A stretch of 64,000 bases of DNA, taken from NCBI GenBank assembly GCA_019358915.1, contig JAHHIM010000036.1:192001-256000 (forward strand), read 5' to 3'. Under the pieces are notes generated by a model. It did no database searches, was not told the DNA's origin, and worked only from the letters and a program-made list of their open reading frames with translations. Positions 40,984-51,800 of this stretch are shown piece after piece (position 1 is the stretch's first letter; each line of letters begins with the position of its first letter). The translations under genes and the position numbers were made by a program. The DNA is from Trichormus sp. ATA11-4-KO1. GTDB lineage: Bacteria; Cyanobacteriota; Cyanobacteriia; Cyanobacteriales; Nostocaceae.

Positions 40984-43188
40984 CTAATGACTAATGACTA
41001 ATGACTCTTCAGTTTGTGTATATGCCGACATGACATTTTTAATAATTGCCAAACCGACTTCTCCTGCTAAAGTCATGATTGATTCTGGATGAAACTGAAC
41101 GGCAGCGATGGGAAGTGTTTGATGTTCAATACCCATGATTACGTCGTCGTCAGAAATCGCTGTTACTTTGAGTGCTGCTGGTAAATGTTGCGGTAGGGCA
41201 AATAATGAATGATATCTACCGACTGCAAAGGATTCTGGTAAGTTTTTGAATGTTACAGAATTGGGGTCAGTTACAAAAATCCGCGAGGATTTACCATGTT
41301 GGGGATAGTTGAGAACTCCTAATTTTCCGCCAAAAGCCTCAACGATACCTTGCAGCCCTAAACAAACTCCAAAAATGGGAATTTGACGACTGATGCAGGC
41401 GGTGATAGTCTCGGAAACTCGAAAATCACTCGGTTTACCAGGGCCAGGAGACAAGACCACTAAATCAGGGCGTTCTGTGTCGAATAGCGATTCTGCAAAG
41501 CCATGACGTAGTGTGGTGACGCTAGCACCAGTTTGGCGAATGTAATTGGCTAATGTGTGAACAAATGAGTCTTCATGATCTATTAATAAGATGCGTTTGC
41601 CAGGTTCGATATCTGGGACGCATTTACTCATTTTGATGGAACTACATTCTTCGGTGTTCTCGTCGGTTAGCTTGGCACGACGAATGGTTTCAAATAAAGC
41701 CGCAGCTTTGGTAATTGTTTCTTGTTCTTCTGCTTGTGGGATCGAATCATAAAGGACAGTAGCACCAACTCGCACTTCGGCAATAGAATCTTGTAACCGA
41801 ATTGTCCGCAGAATTAATCCGGTGTTTAAATTTCCATTGAAATTTAAATAACCAACTGCTCCACCATACCAACGTCTAGCACTACGTTCATGCTGTTCAA
41901 TAAATTGAATTGCTGCTCTTTTGGGTGCGCCTGTGACTGTAACTGCCCAAGTGTGACTTAAAAAGGCATCTAACGCATCAAATTCTGTTCTGAGTATGCC
42001 TTCAACATGATCTACTGTATGAATTAAGTGGCTATATAATTCAATTTGGCGACGGCCAATGACTTGCACTGAACCAGGTTCACAAATCCGGGATTTGTCA
42101 TTGCGGTCTACGTCTGTACACATTGTCAACTCAGCTTCATCTTTATGTGAGTTGAGTAACTGACGAATTTGATCTGCATCATCAAGGGCATCTTGTCCCC
42201 TAGTAATGGTGCCACTAATCGGACAAGTTTCTACCCGTCTACCTTCAACCCGGACAAACATTTCTGGAGATGCACCGATGAGATATTCTCCACCTAAATT
42301 AAACATGAACCCATAAGGACTGGGATTAATTTGTTTTAAAGTTGCAAATAGTTTACTGGGTGGCGCTTCACACGGTTCAAAAAAGTTTTGACCGGGAACT
42401 ACTTCAAATAAGTCGCCCCGACGGAAATAATCTAATGCCAGTTCAACTTGTTTGGCATATTCACCTATTTTATGGTCAGCAGTTTGATTTGGGGTTAAGC
42501 GCTGGCCTCGATAATCAAGAGATTCACCTGTTCTAGGGAGATTTATAGTGTTGCCATGCGCTATTTCAAATTCATATTGCAGCCGAAATGCCTGTTGTAG
42601 ATAGTAGTCAACCACTATCAATTCATCTGGTAAGTAAAGTACTAAATCTCGCTGGTTTGTGGGACGTTCTAGGCGTTGGGGAATTGGTTCAAATTGAAAA
42701 ACTAAGTCATAACCAAATGCGCCATATAATCCTAAATGCTCGTCTTCCTGACTAGAGAAAGTATGGAGAATTTCTCGGATGACTGTAAATGCTGAAGGTT
42801 GCTTACTACGCTCTTCTTCAGCAAAGAATTGGCTAGCAGGTTGAATAAATCCTGTGATGTAATTCTGATTTTGGGTAACTTCTTGCAGTTGTGTGGAGAG
42901 GGAAAATCGCTGTAAAAGCAATGGTAAAAGTACTTGGCCGCGTTCATTCAATGCTGTTAAAGTGAAGGCATTTTCTCTCGTTGTTAATTCCAGTGGTGGA
43001 TTAACAAAACCGATTGCCCATCTTTTATATCTTCCTGGATATTCGTAGCTGCTGGCCAGCAAGCCTCCACGCTGAGAATTTAGGTAGAAAAGAATTTCTT
43101 CGAGGGCGTTGTCCATCTTAACTTCTGTGACGGAGCGAGAAACAAGGACACCACCTTGGGTTGTGTAGGAATGGGAATCAAAAATCAT
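40984..43188 (-). CDS. trpE: Anthranilate synthase, fused TrpE(G)
   Basis: Chorismate-binding domain (ASPEMFV, PISGT, TGAPK) fused to a glutamine amidotransferase (DHEDSF, SPGPG, GVCLG, QFHPES). Confidence 0.95.
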   Translation of the reverse strand: MIFDSHSYTTQGGVLVSRSVTEVKMDNALEEILFYLNSQRGGLLASSYEYPGRYKRWAIGFVNPPLELTTRENAFTLTALNERGQVLLPLLLQRFSLSTQLQEVTQNQNYITGFIQPASQFFAEEERSKQPSAFTVIREILHTFSSQEDEHLGLYGAFGYDLVFQFEPIPQRLERPTNQRDLVLYLPDELIVVDYYLQQAFRLQYEFEIAHGNTINLPRTGESLDYRGQRLTPNQTADHKIGEYAKQVELALDYFRRGDLFEVVPGQNFFEPCEAPPSKLFATLKQINPSPYGFMFNLGGEYLIGASPEMFVRVEGRRVETCPISGTITRGQDALDDADQIRQLLNSHKDEAELTMCTDVDRNDKSRICEPGSVQVIGRRQIELYSHLIHTVDHVEGILRTEFDALDAFLSHTWAVTVTGAPKRAAIQFIEQHERSARRWYGGAVGYLNFNGNLNTGLILRTIRLQDSIAEVRVGATVLYDSIPQAEEQETITKAAALFETIRRAKLTDENTEECSSIKMSKCVPDIEPGKRILLIDHEDSFVHTLANYIRQTGASVTTLRHGFAESLFDTERPDLVVLSPGPGKPSDFRVSETITACISRQIPIFGVCLGLQGIVEAFGGKLGVLNYPQHGKSSRIFVTDPNSVTFKNLPESFAVGRYHSLFALPQHLPAALKVTAISDDDVIMGIEHQTLPIAAVQFHPESIMTLAGEVGLAIIKNVMSAYTQTEESLVISH

Positions 43189-43695
43189 GGGTAATTCTCA
43201 GGAATGGTTATTAGTTAAAAGCCATTCATCATTATAGTAATTTAACGAAGTCAGAGGGAAGAAGAAAGAAGGAATAAGTCTTTTTTCTTCTTGCCAAACG
43301 GGTTTAAATCCTCACTTCGACAGGTGGATACAGTGAGCGGCTCGAGTGACTTGTACTGAGCCTTGTCGAAGTAGCCTTCGCCGAACTCCTGTCGAACTAT
43401 TCAGTGACCACCACCAATTTTCTTTCTTCACTTCGGCCACGCTCAGTACAAGCCTTTTGACTCCAAACTTCCTCCTTCTTTAAGTTCGTTAAAGGACAGA
43501 ATTGGACGATTTTTTTATTGTGTTTATACTGTCCTAGTTTTCCCATTTGGGTTATTTTGTTGTTTATTTCTAGATTAATATTACTAAAAATCAATTCTTT
43601 GTTGCATGAATATTTTTTCGATGTAACTATCAATTTATTGGTTTCTTCTCGTGGTGCAAATAAAAATAATCTTATTAATTAGCAACACCAAAAAA

Positions 43696-45087
43696 TTAAT
43701 ACCCAGTTCCTTCTCCATCCATGAGATGTTGGAGAATTAATTGGCAAACATCGATCGCTTGAATTGATGAGGAGTTAAGTAAGTGAGTTTGTTTGCTAAT
43801 TAATAATGGACTTTCAGTCGGGGATGAGGGAAGACAACCATGAGATCCACGCACTAAGTCAGCATCTAAGGGAATGATATCCATTAGATAGCGAAATCCT
43901 AGTTGTTTTTTTAACAGTTTTAAACCGATTTTCATCTGCGGAAGTTTGATTTGCGGGTCGAGAAATAGTTCTACAGGGTCGTAACCTGGCTTACGATGGA
44001 TATCTACAGTTCTGGCAAAATCAGGAGCGCGATGATTATCGTACCAGTAATAATAGGTAAACCAGGCATCTGGTTGAGCTACTGCAATTAACTCTCCTGA
44101 TCTAGAATGATTCAGATGATAAGCTGGCTTATTATCATCATCTAAAACATAGGCAACTCCCTGTGTTTCTTCTAGAAGCGATCGCACCTTGGGAATATAG
44201 AATGGGTCGTTAACATAAACATGAGCAATTTGATGATCAGCAACGGCGAAGGCTTTACTCGCACCAGCATCTAAAATTTCTCGTCCTAGTTCTTCTCGCA
44301 CACTCAGCAAACCTTTTTCCCGCAACATCCGATTGAGATGAATTGGTTGGGATACTGATGTAATCCCATATTCTGATAAAACGATGACTTGAGATCCCCG
44401 ATTTTCATAGTATTGAATTAAATCGCTACACACCGCATCAATTTCTTGTAAGTCTGGAGCGATTTTGTGCAAGTCACAACCGTATTTTTGTAAGCAGTAG
44501 TCTAAATGTGGGAGATAAACGAGTGTAAGTGTGGGATTATGGTCTTTTTCTAGCCATTTGGCTGAATCTGCAATCCATTGGGTAGATTTAATGGATGTAT
44601 TTGGCCCCCAAAAATTAAACAGAGGAAACTGACCTAAGTCGTTTTGCAGTGGCGATCGCAGTTTTTGTGGTTGTGTATATATATCAGGAATTTTTCTGCC
44701 GTCGGCGGGATACATCGGTCGGGGGGTGATGGCATAGTTGACTGATGAGTACATGTTGTACCACCAGAATAAGTTGGCGCAGGTAAAGTTGGGATCTATT
44801 TCTTTGGCTATTTCCCAGATTTTGGGAGCTTGAATCAGTTTGTTGGATTGTCGCCAAAATTTAATTTCACACTCGTCTCGAAAGTACCAACCGTTACCAA
44901 CTATTCCATGCTCGTTAGGTAATTTTCCTGTGAAATAGGTTGCTTGTACTGAACAGGTAACTGCTGGTAAGACGGGGGTGATGGGTACTATTTGACCTTG
45001 TTTCGCCCAATGGGAAAGGAAGGGTGTATGTTCACCTATGAGGTTGGGTGTTAATCCTACTACGTTGAGAACAACAGTTTTTTGCAT
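43696..45087 (-). CDS. eboF: Alkaline phosphatase/nucleotide pyrophosphatase family protein EboF
   Basis: LNVVGLT, PAVTCSVQAT, YLPHLDYCLQ, SEYG, DIHRKPGYDPVELF, GSHG. Confidence 0.88.
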   Translation of the reverse strand: MQKTVVLNVVGLTPNLIGEHTPFLSHWAKQGQIVPITPVLPAVTCSVQATYFTGKLPNEHGIVGNGWYFRDECEIKFWRQSNKLIQAPKIWEIAKEIDPNFTCANLFWWYNMYSSVNYAITPRPMYPADGRKIPDIYTQPQKLRSPLQNDLGQFPLFNFWGPNTSIKSTQWIADSAKWLEKDHNPTLTLVYLPHLDYCLQKYGCDLHKIAPDLQEIDAVCSDLIQYYENRGSQVIVLSEYGITSVSQPIHLNRMLREKGLLSVREELGREILDAGASKAFAVADHQIAHVYVNDPFYIPKVRSLLEETQGVAYVLDDDNKPAYHLNHSRSGELIAVAQPDAWFTYYYWYDNHRAPDFARTVDIHRKPGYDPVELFLDPQIKLPQMKIGLKLLKKQLGFRYLMDIIPLDADLVRGSHGCLPSSPTESPLLISKQTHLLNSSSIQAIDVCQLILQHLMDGEGTGY

Positions 45088-45120
45088 GATAACGAACCAC
45101 AAAGGACACGAAGAAAGAGA

Positions 45121-46362
45121 TTAGTTAGGTACTAATTGTTTTGTTAATAGTTTTGTTTGTACCCATTCGTACTCGCGTTGAATTGATGTGAGTAAGTCTA
45201 GTTTTATCTGTTCGGGAAGGACTTCCCATGTGTAAGTTTCTATTTCTAGGTGGGTGCAATTGTGATTATCTTGCAGTAATTCTAGTACGGTAATAATGTC
45301 GTCTTGAGTGGAATGCAATAGTTGGTAATCGCGGATGAAAATTGGCACGTGGAAGTGAATCCGCCACTCACAAGTATTGGTGTTTTCTAGGTGTGTTAGG
45401 GCAGTTTCTAGGTCTGGATAGTGAATTAGTGGGCTATTTTGACTGCGGGCAATTACTTGATGTAAATATGTGGATTCAGCGAAAGGTTTTAATCGTTCGC
45501 TTATGAGGCGACGCTGTGCGATATCTTCTGATAAGTTTACTTGCAAGGCGGCACTAATTTGAATTTTACCAATTTGAATTCCTGCATTTTGCAATCGCTG
45601 AAAAACTGAAATGGGATTTTCATATTCGACAGCAAAATGACAGGTGTCGTAACAAATTCGCACATGTTCTAGTAAGTAACTCTCGGCAATTGTTGGTGAA
45701 ATTCCCAGATGCTTAACTAAATAAGCGCCACCAATAGGTAGTAAATGCTTTTGAAAATAATCAATCACTTCAGCTGCATTTTCAATTAATCCATCGGGTT
45801 CTGGTTCTAAATCTAGGTGCAGTAATTTTCCCTGCTGATTACGGATATGTACCATTTTTGCCACTACTTGTGCTATGTGCAGACTAGCACTATCCATGAC
45901 TGATGCTTGGTGAAGTTGATTTCCGGCAAACCAAGGCTTATAGGATAAAGGCAGTGTGGAAATGCTACCCTCTGTATCGGTGGGTAATAATTCTGCCAGA
46001 ATGTTTGTGAGTTGTAATGTGTAATCTAACCGTTTCTGTTTAGACCAATCCGGTGCATAAACTTGGTCTTTCACCACTTCCTGATGAAATTTGCCATAAG
46101 GAAATCCATTCAAGGTAAATACATATAAACCTTGTTCAGTTAACCAAGATTGGAACTGAATTAAGGTGTTTATTTGCAGCAATTCCTTCGCTGCTACTGC
46201 TGCTAAACGTAACCCAATACCAAAGGGTTTCTCTGGTGCTAATCTGGCTTTTAAAGATGGAATATAATGCTTTAAATTAGCAAAAATTTGCTCCCACTCT
46301 TCACCAGGGTGAATATTAGTACAATAGGTTAAGTGAAAGTTATTGTTAGTTCCTATTTTCAT
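45121..46362 (-). CDS. eboE: TIM-barrel metabolite traffic protein EboE
   Basis: HLTYCTNIHPGE, TLNGFPYG.FH...VKDQVY.PDW, LEPEP, CYDTCH, WRIHFHVP, EIETYTW. Confidence 0.9.
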   Translation of the reverse strand: MKIGTNNNFHLTYCTNIHPGEEWEQIFANLKHYIPSLKARLAPEKPFGIGLRLAAVAAKELLQINTLIQFQSWLTEQGLYVFTLNGFPYGKFHQEVVKDQVYAPDWSKQKRLDYTLQLTNILAELLPTDTEGSISTLPLSYKPWFAGNQLHQASVMDSASLHIAQVVAKMVHIRNQQGKLLHLDLEPEPDGLIENAAEVIDYFQKHLLPIGGAYLVKHLGISPTIAESYLLEHVRICYDTCHFAVEYENPISVFQRLQNAGIQIGKIQISAALQVNLSEDIAQRRLISERLKPFAESTYLHQVIARSQNSPLIHYPDLETALTHLENTNTCEWRIHFHVPIFIRDYQLLHSTQDDIITVLELLQDNHNCTHLEIETYTWEVLPEQIKLDLLTSIQREYEWVQTKLLTKQLVPN

Positions 46363-47581
46363 TTTTCATTTTTAATTGTTTATGTAACTGCAATATTGCT
46401 TGTTTATATAAAGACAAATCCACTTCGTGAACTTCAATTCCTTTACCAACACATTGCAGCAACGTTAAAGTTAATTCTCCACCCAAGTGTTCTTGAAATT
46501 CGGTCAAACCCCGGAATAGACAACGGGGATGTTGTTGGTTTGTTAATTGTTCAGCTAGTTCTGGTACATACAAAGTGAAACCTAATGCTGATAGTGTATT
46601 TAGTATTTTTTGCCACTCTGACCAACCAAGCATTCCTAAAAGATAAGAATAGGTGCTATCCAAAGCAATACCGATCGCTACTGCTTCTCCATGACGCAAG
46701 CTATAGTTGGTCAAATGCTCTAGTTTATGAGCCGCCCAATGACCAAAATCTAGGGGACGGGATGAACCCATTTCAAATGGATCACCGCTTCTGGCAATAT
46801 GTTCTAGGTGTAACTGGGCGCAACGATAAATCAGCTGTTGCATACTCTCCATATCTCGACGGACGAGTGCAACACTGTGGCTGTGGATAAAATCAAAAAA
46901 ATCAGCATCCTTAATTAGTGCCACTTTGAGCGCTTCTGCAATACCTGATCGCCAGTCGCGATCGCTCAAGGTTGTCAAGAAGGTAGAATCATTAATCACC
47001 GCATAAGGTGGAGCGAATGTACCGAGAAAGTTCTTTTTCCCAAAGGCGTTAATACCGTTTTTTACCCCGACACCAGAATCATTTTGTGCTAACACCGTCG
47101 TGGGTATCCGAATCAAACGAATTCCTCGATGAGCGGTTGCAGCTGCATAACCTACCAAATCCAATACTGCACCACCCCCAACAGCCAACAGGTAGGAGTG
47201 ACGACATAAACCAGCTGCATCGATTAGCTGATGAATTTGCTCTACTAAAGTGCGATCATTTTTGGCAACTTCTCCACCGGGAAGAATTATCGGTTCCACC
47301 ACAAGGTTTAATGTTTCTGCATAAAACTTGGTGTACGCTACTAACTGCTCTAATAATGTAGAATGATTATGTAATAATCCGGCATCCACAACTGCTACTA
47401 TTTTCTTTGGCTTTGTTTCCCCATCAGCTATAATCACTTGCGCCAACGTGGGATTTTTCAAGTCAAATAAATTGTTAGTGAAGTAAACTTCATAGTTGAA
47501 GGTCACCGAGATACGTTGATAAATTGATTGCCGAGAAGATGCAGTTTTTTGAGTAGTCTTTTGGTTGAAATTTATTACCAT
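46346..47581 (-). CDS. aroB: 3-dehydroquinate synthase-like sugar phosphate cyclase (scy-cluster AroB / EboD)
   Basis: GGEVAKN, AVGGGAVLD, PTTVLAQNDSGVGVKNGIN, LDFGHWAAH, HGEAVAIG. Confidence 0.88.
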   Translation of the reverse strand: MVINFNQKTTQKTASSRQSIYQRISVTFNYEVYFTNNLFDLKNPTLAQVIIADGETKPKKIVAVVDAGLLHNHSTLLEQLVAYTKFYAETLNLVVEPIILPGGEVAKNDRTLVEQIHQLIDAAGLCRHSYLLAVGGGAVLDLVGYAAATAHRGIRLIRIPTTVLAQNDSGVGVKNGINAFGKKNFLGTFAPPYAVINDSTFLTTLSDRDWRSGIAEALKVALIKDADFFDFIHSHSVALVRRDMESMQQLIYRCAQLHLEHIARSGDPFEMGSSRPLDFGHWAAHKLEHLTNYSLRHGEAVAIGIALDSTYSYLLGMLGWSEWQKILNTLSALGFTLYVPELAEQLTNQQHPRCLFRGLTEFQEHLGGELTLTLLQCVGKGIEVHEVDLSLYKQAILQLHKQLKMKNENRN

Positions 47582-48222
47582 TGTTTTGCTAAAACTTCCA
47601 TAAATGCAGCACGATTTAAAGCCCGAAGGAACACGTTTACCGATTGAGAACCATCTACTTTAACTTTGTTATTGAAGATAAAAAATGGCACGCTAGTAAT
47701 ACCATTTAACCGAGCAAATGTTGATGCAGCAACAACTGCATTAATCGCATTATCATTATTTAGTTGCAGCCGTAACGTCTCTTCATCCATTTGATGAACG
47801 GTACCAATGGCAATAAGGATTTCAATATCTCCAATATTCAAACCCTCTTCAAAGTAAGCTTGATAAATTGCTTCTACAACATTATTTCTGATATTTACTG
47901 GTGCAGCTGCAATCAGTCTATGAGAAAGCTTAGTATTGACAGCTAAACGAATTTTATCAAGATTTAGTTTAACTCCAGCAGCCTCACCTGCTTGTCGCGT
48001 ATAATTAAACATTTGCTGGAGTTCTGCTATGCTAATCCCTTTTCTCACTTGCATAAAACGACGAAACTCGTATCCTTCAGAAGGAACAGTATTATCAAGC
48101 AAGAAAGGATGCCAGCGAATATTTACCGCTTCATCTTCCCATTGTAGAAGTGCATCAAAAAGGTACTTTTTCCCAATCCTACACCAGGGACAGACAGTAT
48201 CATGAAAGATATCAATCAGCAT
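47575..48222 (-). CDS. dsbA: DsbA/FrnE-family oxidoreductase
   Basis: DIFHDTVCPWCRIG, GITSVPFF; position matches the scytonemin cluster. Confidence 0.88.
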   Translation of the reverse strand: MLIDIFHDTVCPWCRIGKKYLFDALLQWEDEAVNIRWHPFLLDNTVPSEGYEFRRFMQVRKGISIAELQQMFNYTRQAGEAAGVKLNLDKIRLAVNTKLSHRLIAAAPVNIRNNVVEAIYQAYFEEGLNIGDIEILIAIGTVHQMDEETLRLQLNNDNAINAVVAASTFARLNGITSVPFFIFNNKVKVDGSQSVNVFLRALNRAAFMEVLAKQW

Positions 48223-48314
48223 AATTTTTATTACTCAATTTTGCTAGTAATGAGGACTAAAGTCCTGACTACAAACTTTTAATTATTTACACTGTACTGA
48301 CAGATTAAATTTAT

Positions 48315-49250
48315 TTAAAGCATAGATAATTTATCTGTCTCCATCTCGGATGTAAAATTACTTTTGTGATTCTGGTTAGTTATTGTGTGTGAAAAACTTA
48401 CCAAATAGTTACTTTCTTCATCCAAAAATTTTTGAGCATTTGCAAATTCTTGGATTAATGCAGTTCGGTCTTTCTTTGCTACCAGCATTGCCAAGCGACT
48501 ATAAGTTTTAGCTAAAGAATTAATTGCCTCACATCGTTCTTCTGTAGCTAATATAATATCTACACATAAGTGAGGATTTTGTGCAAACAAACGCTTAAGA
48601 ATATCAATTTCTTGACGATAGCTAGGTGTTGACATAGACAAACTACGCTCCATATCAATTTTGGCTTGTGCTAAAAAGACACCAAGACTAAATCGAGAAA
48701 AATGCTGCGTTGCTTGAACGATTACCATTATTTGGTCATGCTCTTCCGGAGTGCAAATGATTAGTTCTCCACCCTGACCTTGAATGAAGTTTAATAACCA
48801 TTGAAAAGAATCATCATTTCGACCTGGACACACCACCACCTTTTGTCCCACGAATGATTTGATACTGGGACCAAACAGAGGATGTAATCCCATGACAGGG
48901 CCTGAATGATGTGCGAGCATTGCTTGAGTAGGCTGAGTCTTAATACTTGTGATATCGCACAATGCAGTATTTGGGGCGAGGTATGGGGCTGCACGCCTAA
49001 TCACCTCAACTGTCCGTTGAATCGGGACACTGACTAAGACTAATTCAGCCTGACTTAATAATTTATCTGCATACGCCCAATCTTCCTGTTCAAGCACACT
49101 AACTTTGTGACCTATGGCCGAAAGTTGCTCTCTAAATAATCCTCCCATCCTGCCACATCCACCGATGATAGTAATGTTGCGGATTCTGGCATGATTTACA
49201 GATTCAGGATTTAGTTTTTGGTTGGTTTGTTGAAGCTGATTTGGAATCAT
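48315..49250 (-). CDS. tyrA: Prephenate dehydrogenase
   Basis: IIGGCGRMG, DITSIK, GLHPLFGP, EEHDQIM...QATQHF; no chorismate mutase domain. Confidence 0.9.
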   Translation of the reverse strand: MIPNQLQQTNQKLNPESVNHARIRNITIIGGCGRMGGLFREQLSAIGHKVSVLEQEDWAYADKLLSQAELVLVSVPIQRTVEVIRRAAPYLAPNTALCDITSIKTQPTQAMLAHHSGPVMGLHPLFGPSIKSFVGQKVVVCPGRNDDSFQWLLNFIQGQGGELIICTPEEHDQIMVIVQATQHFSRFSLGVFLAQAKIDMERSLSMSTPSYRQEIDILKRLFAQNPHLCVDIILATEERCEAINSLAKTYSRLAMLVAKKDRTALIQEFANAQKFLDEESNYLVSFSHTITNQNHKSNFTSEMETDKLSML

Positions 49251-49419
49251 AAGCTTAGTGTGAGGGAGTGGGTAAGGGAGCAAAGGGGAACAGGGGGGAC
49301 AAGAATCTGATAGTCTTCTGGGATGCAGGATAGTGGTAATTTAATTTTTGGAGTTACCTAATATAAGTTTTTCTCCTCTGCCCCTCTGCTGCTTTTTCCC
49401 AGTGCCCAGTCCCCAAATT

Positions 49420-50709
49420 TCAAATATCAACAAGTGATTCTTTAGAATTCAATTTGGGCAAGATATTTAAATTTAATTCTCGCTTGGCAGCAATATCAGA
49501 AAATAATTCTTCATACCGATTCAGCGTTTGCTCAAAAGAATAATTTTCTACGGCAAACTTTCTGCCTTTATCACCTAGTTGGGTGGCTAGAGCCGGATTC
49601 ACATACAATTTCTGCACTGCATCGGCCAAAGCATCAGGGGATTCTGGACTCACAACTATGCCACCGCCACTGAGTTGAATTGCTTGAGCCGCAGTGCCAG
49701 TATTAGGAACTGAACCGATGATTGGGCGACCACTAGCCAACAGCAGTGGTATTTTTGAAGGCATATTGAATGAAATTATGTTGTGCTTTTGCACAATTAA
49801 CCCTACGTCAGCTGCTGCCAGCATTTGGGGTAGTTCTTCTCGCGGCTGCAACGGTAATAGCAATACGTTATCAGCACCACAACTCAGACAATATTCCTGC
49901 AATTTTTGCAATGCTTTTGACTCACCAACAATCACAAAAACTATTTTTTTGATATGACGTAAGCGCATGGCTGTTTCAACTACTGTTTCCAATCCTTGTG
50001 TTAGTGCAATATTGCCTGAATAAAGTACGACAAATTTTCCATCTAGTTGATGTACTGATTTCCAGTGGTTGTTCTTATTTGGTAAAGGGCGAATAAAATT
50101 TACGTTCACCCAATTAGGAATGCAAACTATTTTCTTAGTAAGTACTCCCTTGTTGACTAAATTCTCTCTAAACCCTTCACTGATAACGCTGATGGTATGT
50201 GCATTGCGATAGGCAAATTTTTCTAGGGCTGTCAATACTCGGATCACCCACTTGTTTTTGATCAGCCCAACACGTACCGCAGCTTCTGGGAGAATATCTT
50301 GTACATTTAGCACTACTGGGCAGTTATACAGCCAACCCAGTAAACTCGCAGGTAAGGAAACCAGCAAAGGCGGAACTGTTAAGAGAATTACATCCGGTCG
50401 CTTGCCTTTGATGGCTTGTGGCAAACTCGTGAAGACAAAACTCAACTCTAGGAGTAACCGATCAAGAAGATTAGGTTTAGACTTGATCCGTACATAACTG
50501 CGCTGAACAGTCACGCCATTTTTTTGTTCGGTTAAATACCATTTACCTTGATATTCATCATAAATTTGGCGTTGAGGATAGTTGGGCATTCCTGTAATCA
50601 CCCGTATTTCATGACCTCGCTTCACTAATCCTTCTGCTAGTTCAGTCATTAAGGGCGCAATTCCAATTGGCTCTGGATGATAGTTGTAGGAATAAATCAG
50701 AATATGCAT
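49420..50709 (-). CDS. GT4 glycosyltransferase (WcaI-like), scytonemin-cluster member
   Basis: NYHPEPIG, GMPNYP, VQDILP, YSGNIALTQG, MPSKI. Confidence 0.88.
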   Translation of the reverse strand: MHILIYSYNYHPEPIGIAPLMTELAEGLVKRGHEIRVITGMPNYPQRQIYDEYQGKWYLTEQKNGVTVQRSYVRIKSKPNLLDRLLLELSFVFTSLPQAIKGKRPDVILLTVPPLLVSLPASLLGWLYNCPVVLNVQDILPEAAVRVGLIKNKWVIRVLTALEKFAYRNAHTISVISEGFRENLVNKGVLTKKIVCIPNWVNVNFIRPLPNKNNHWKSVHQLDGKFVVLYSGNIALTQGLETVVETAMRLRHIKKIVFVIVGESKALQKLQEYCLSCGADNVLLLPLQPREELPQMLAAADVGLIVQKHNIISFNMPSKIPLLLASGRPIIGSVPNTGTAAQAIQLSGGGIVVSPESPDALADAVQKLYVNPALATQLGDKGRKFAVENYSFEQTLNRYEELFSDIAAKRELNLNILPKLNSKESLVDI

Positions 50710-50800
50710 AAGGTGTTAATGTCTTTGGAGGCACCCTAATAACGTCGGCTTGGTTGAGATAACTAACTATAATATTCATCAAAATTGTCAGTTTTAGGCT

Positions 50801-51709
50801 TTAAGTCACTGCAAAAATTTGACCCAGTTTTATGGAAATCGGCAGTAGGCTTAAGACTAGTAATCCGTAGAGCAAACCTGCAAAACCTGCAACAACTGTA
50901 GTATCTAAAACAATTAGTGATAACACGCCAGCCTTAACTGCGATGCGGATTTGCTCTGGAGTAGGTTCGAGTACAGCTTTGATTAAAGGAAGCAACACTC
51001 GAATAGCAAATAATATGAGGAATGGTAAAGCTGTCAGCAGTTGATAGTTAGTTAATAGCCCCATCTCTAAAAGTCCTGAGATGACGATCGCCATTAGTAA
51101 TAGCGCTACCACTCCAGTACTCAGCTTTGACCCATGTACCTCACCCCGACTCAACATAGTTATAGCCCCAATGTAAACTATGGGAATCAAAGCCAAAAAC
51201 CAATACTCTTCTACCATGGCTGGCAAGACACTCACGCCTAGCAATAAATTGCCTCCACGACAAATACCCATGTTGATGGGGCCGAAGATGGGGTGATGCT
51301 TACCAACAGCGTTATATAATAAGGCGGCTACAGCGATACCAAGAGCTAGAGTAGCGCTCAACCACGAGACTTGAGAAGCTGCTACTATACCTATACTTAA
51401 AAGCAAACTTCCTAGTACAGTTGCCCCTCTCAGGGATGCTCTATGACTGGGGATAGGTCGTTCTGGTCGTTCCTGGGTATCTAATTCAGCATCAAATACA
51501 TCATTAAATACAATGCCGCCGCCGTATAAGCCAGTGGTGGCTAGTAACAACCATGCTAGGGAGTCAAGATTAATCTCTGATCCAGTTGTTAGAACACCCG
51601 AAGCAGCAAAGCCAGCGAGGATATCTGCCCAAGCAGTGACAATGTTAGCCGGTCGTAGTAATTGTAGATATGCCCATAAGCGATGGGAACTTAGGGTTAC
51701 AGTGTTCAT
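50801..51709 (-). CDS. eboC: UbiA-family prenyltransferase EboC
   Basis: LLRPANIVTAWADILAG, NDVFDAELD..ERPERPIPS, MGICRGGN; multi-TM. Confidence 0.9.
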   Translation of the reverse strand: MNTVTLSSHRLWAYLQLLRPANIVTAWADILAGFAASGVLTTGSEINLDSLAWLLLATTGLYGGGIVFNDVFDAELDTQERPERPIPSHRASLRGATVLGSLLLSIGIVAASQVSWLSATLALGIAVAALLYNAVGKHHPIFGPINMGICRGGNLLLGVSVLPAMVEEYWFLALIPIVYIGAITMLSRGEVHGSKLSTGVVALLLMAIVISGLLEMGLLTNYQLLTALPFLILFAIRVLLPLIKAVLEPTPEQIRIAVKAGVLSLIVLDTTVVAGFAGLLYGLLVLSLLPISIKLGQIFAVT

Positions 51710-51800
51710 AGTAAATGCTGATGATTTAAAATATGGATTTGTCTCACGCAAAGGCGCAGAGAGTAGGAGTTGAGAGGGCTGAATTTTTCCTATTTCTTCA

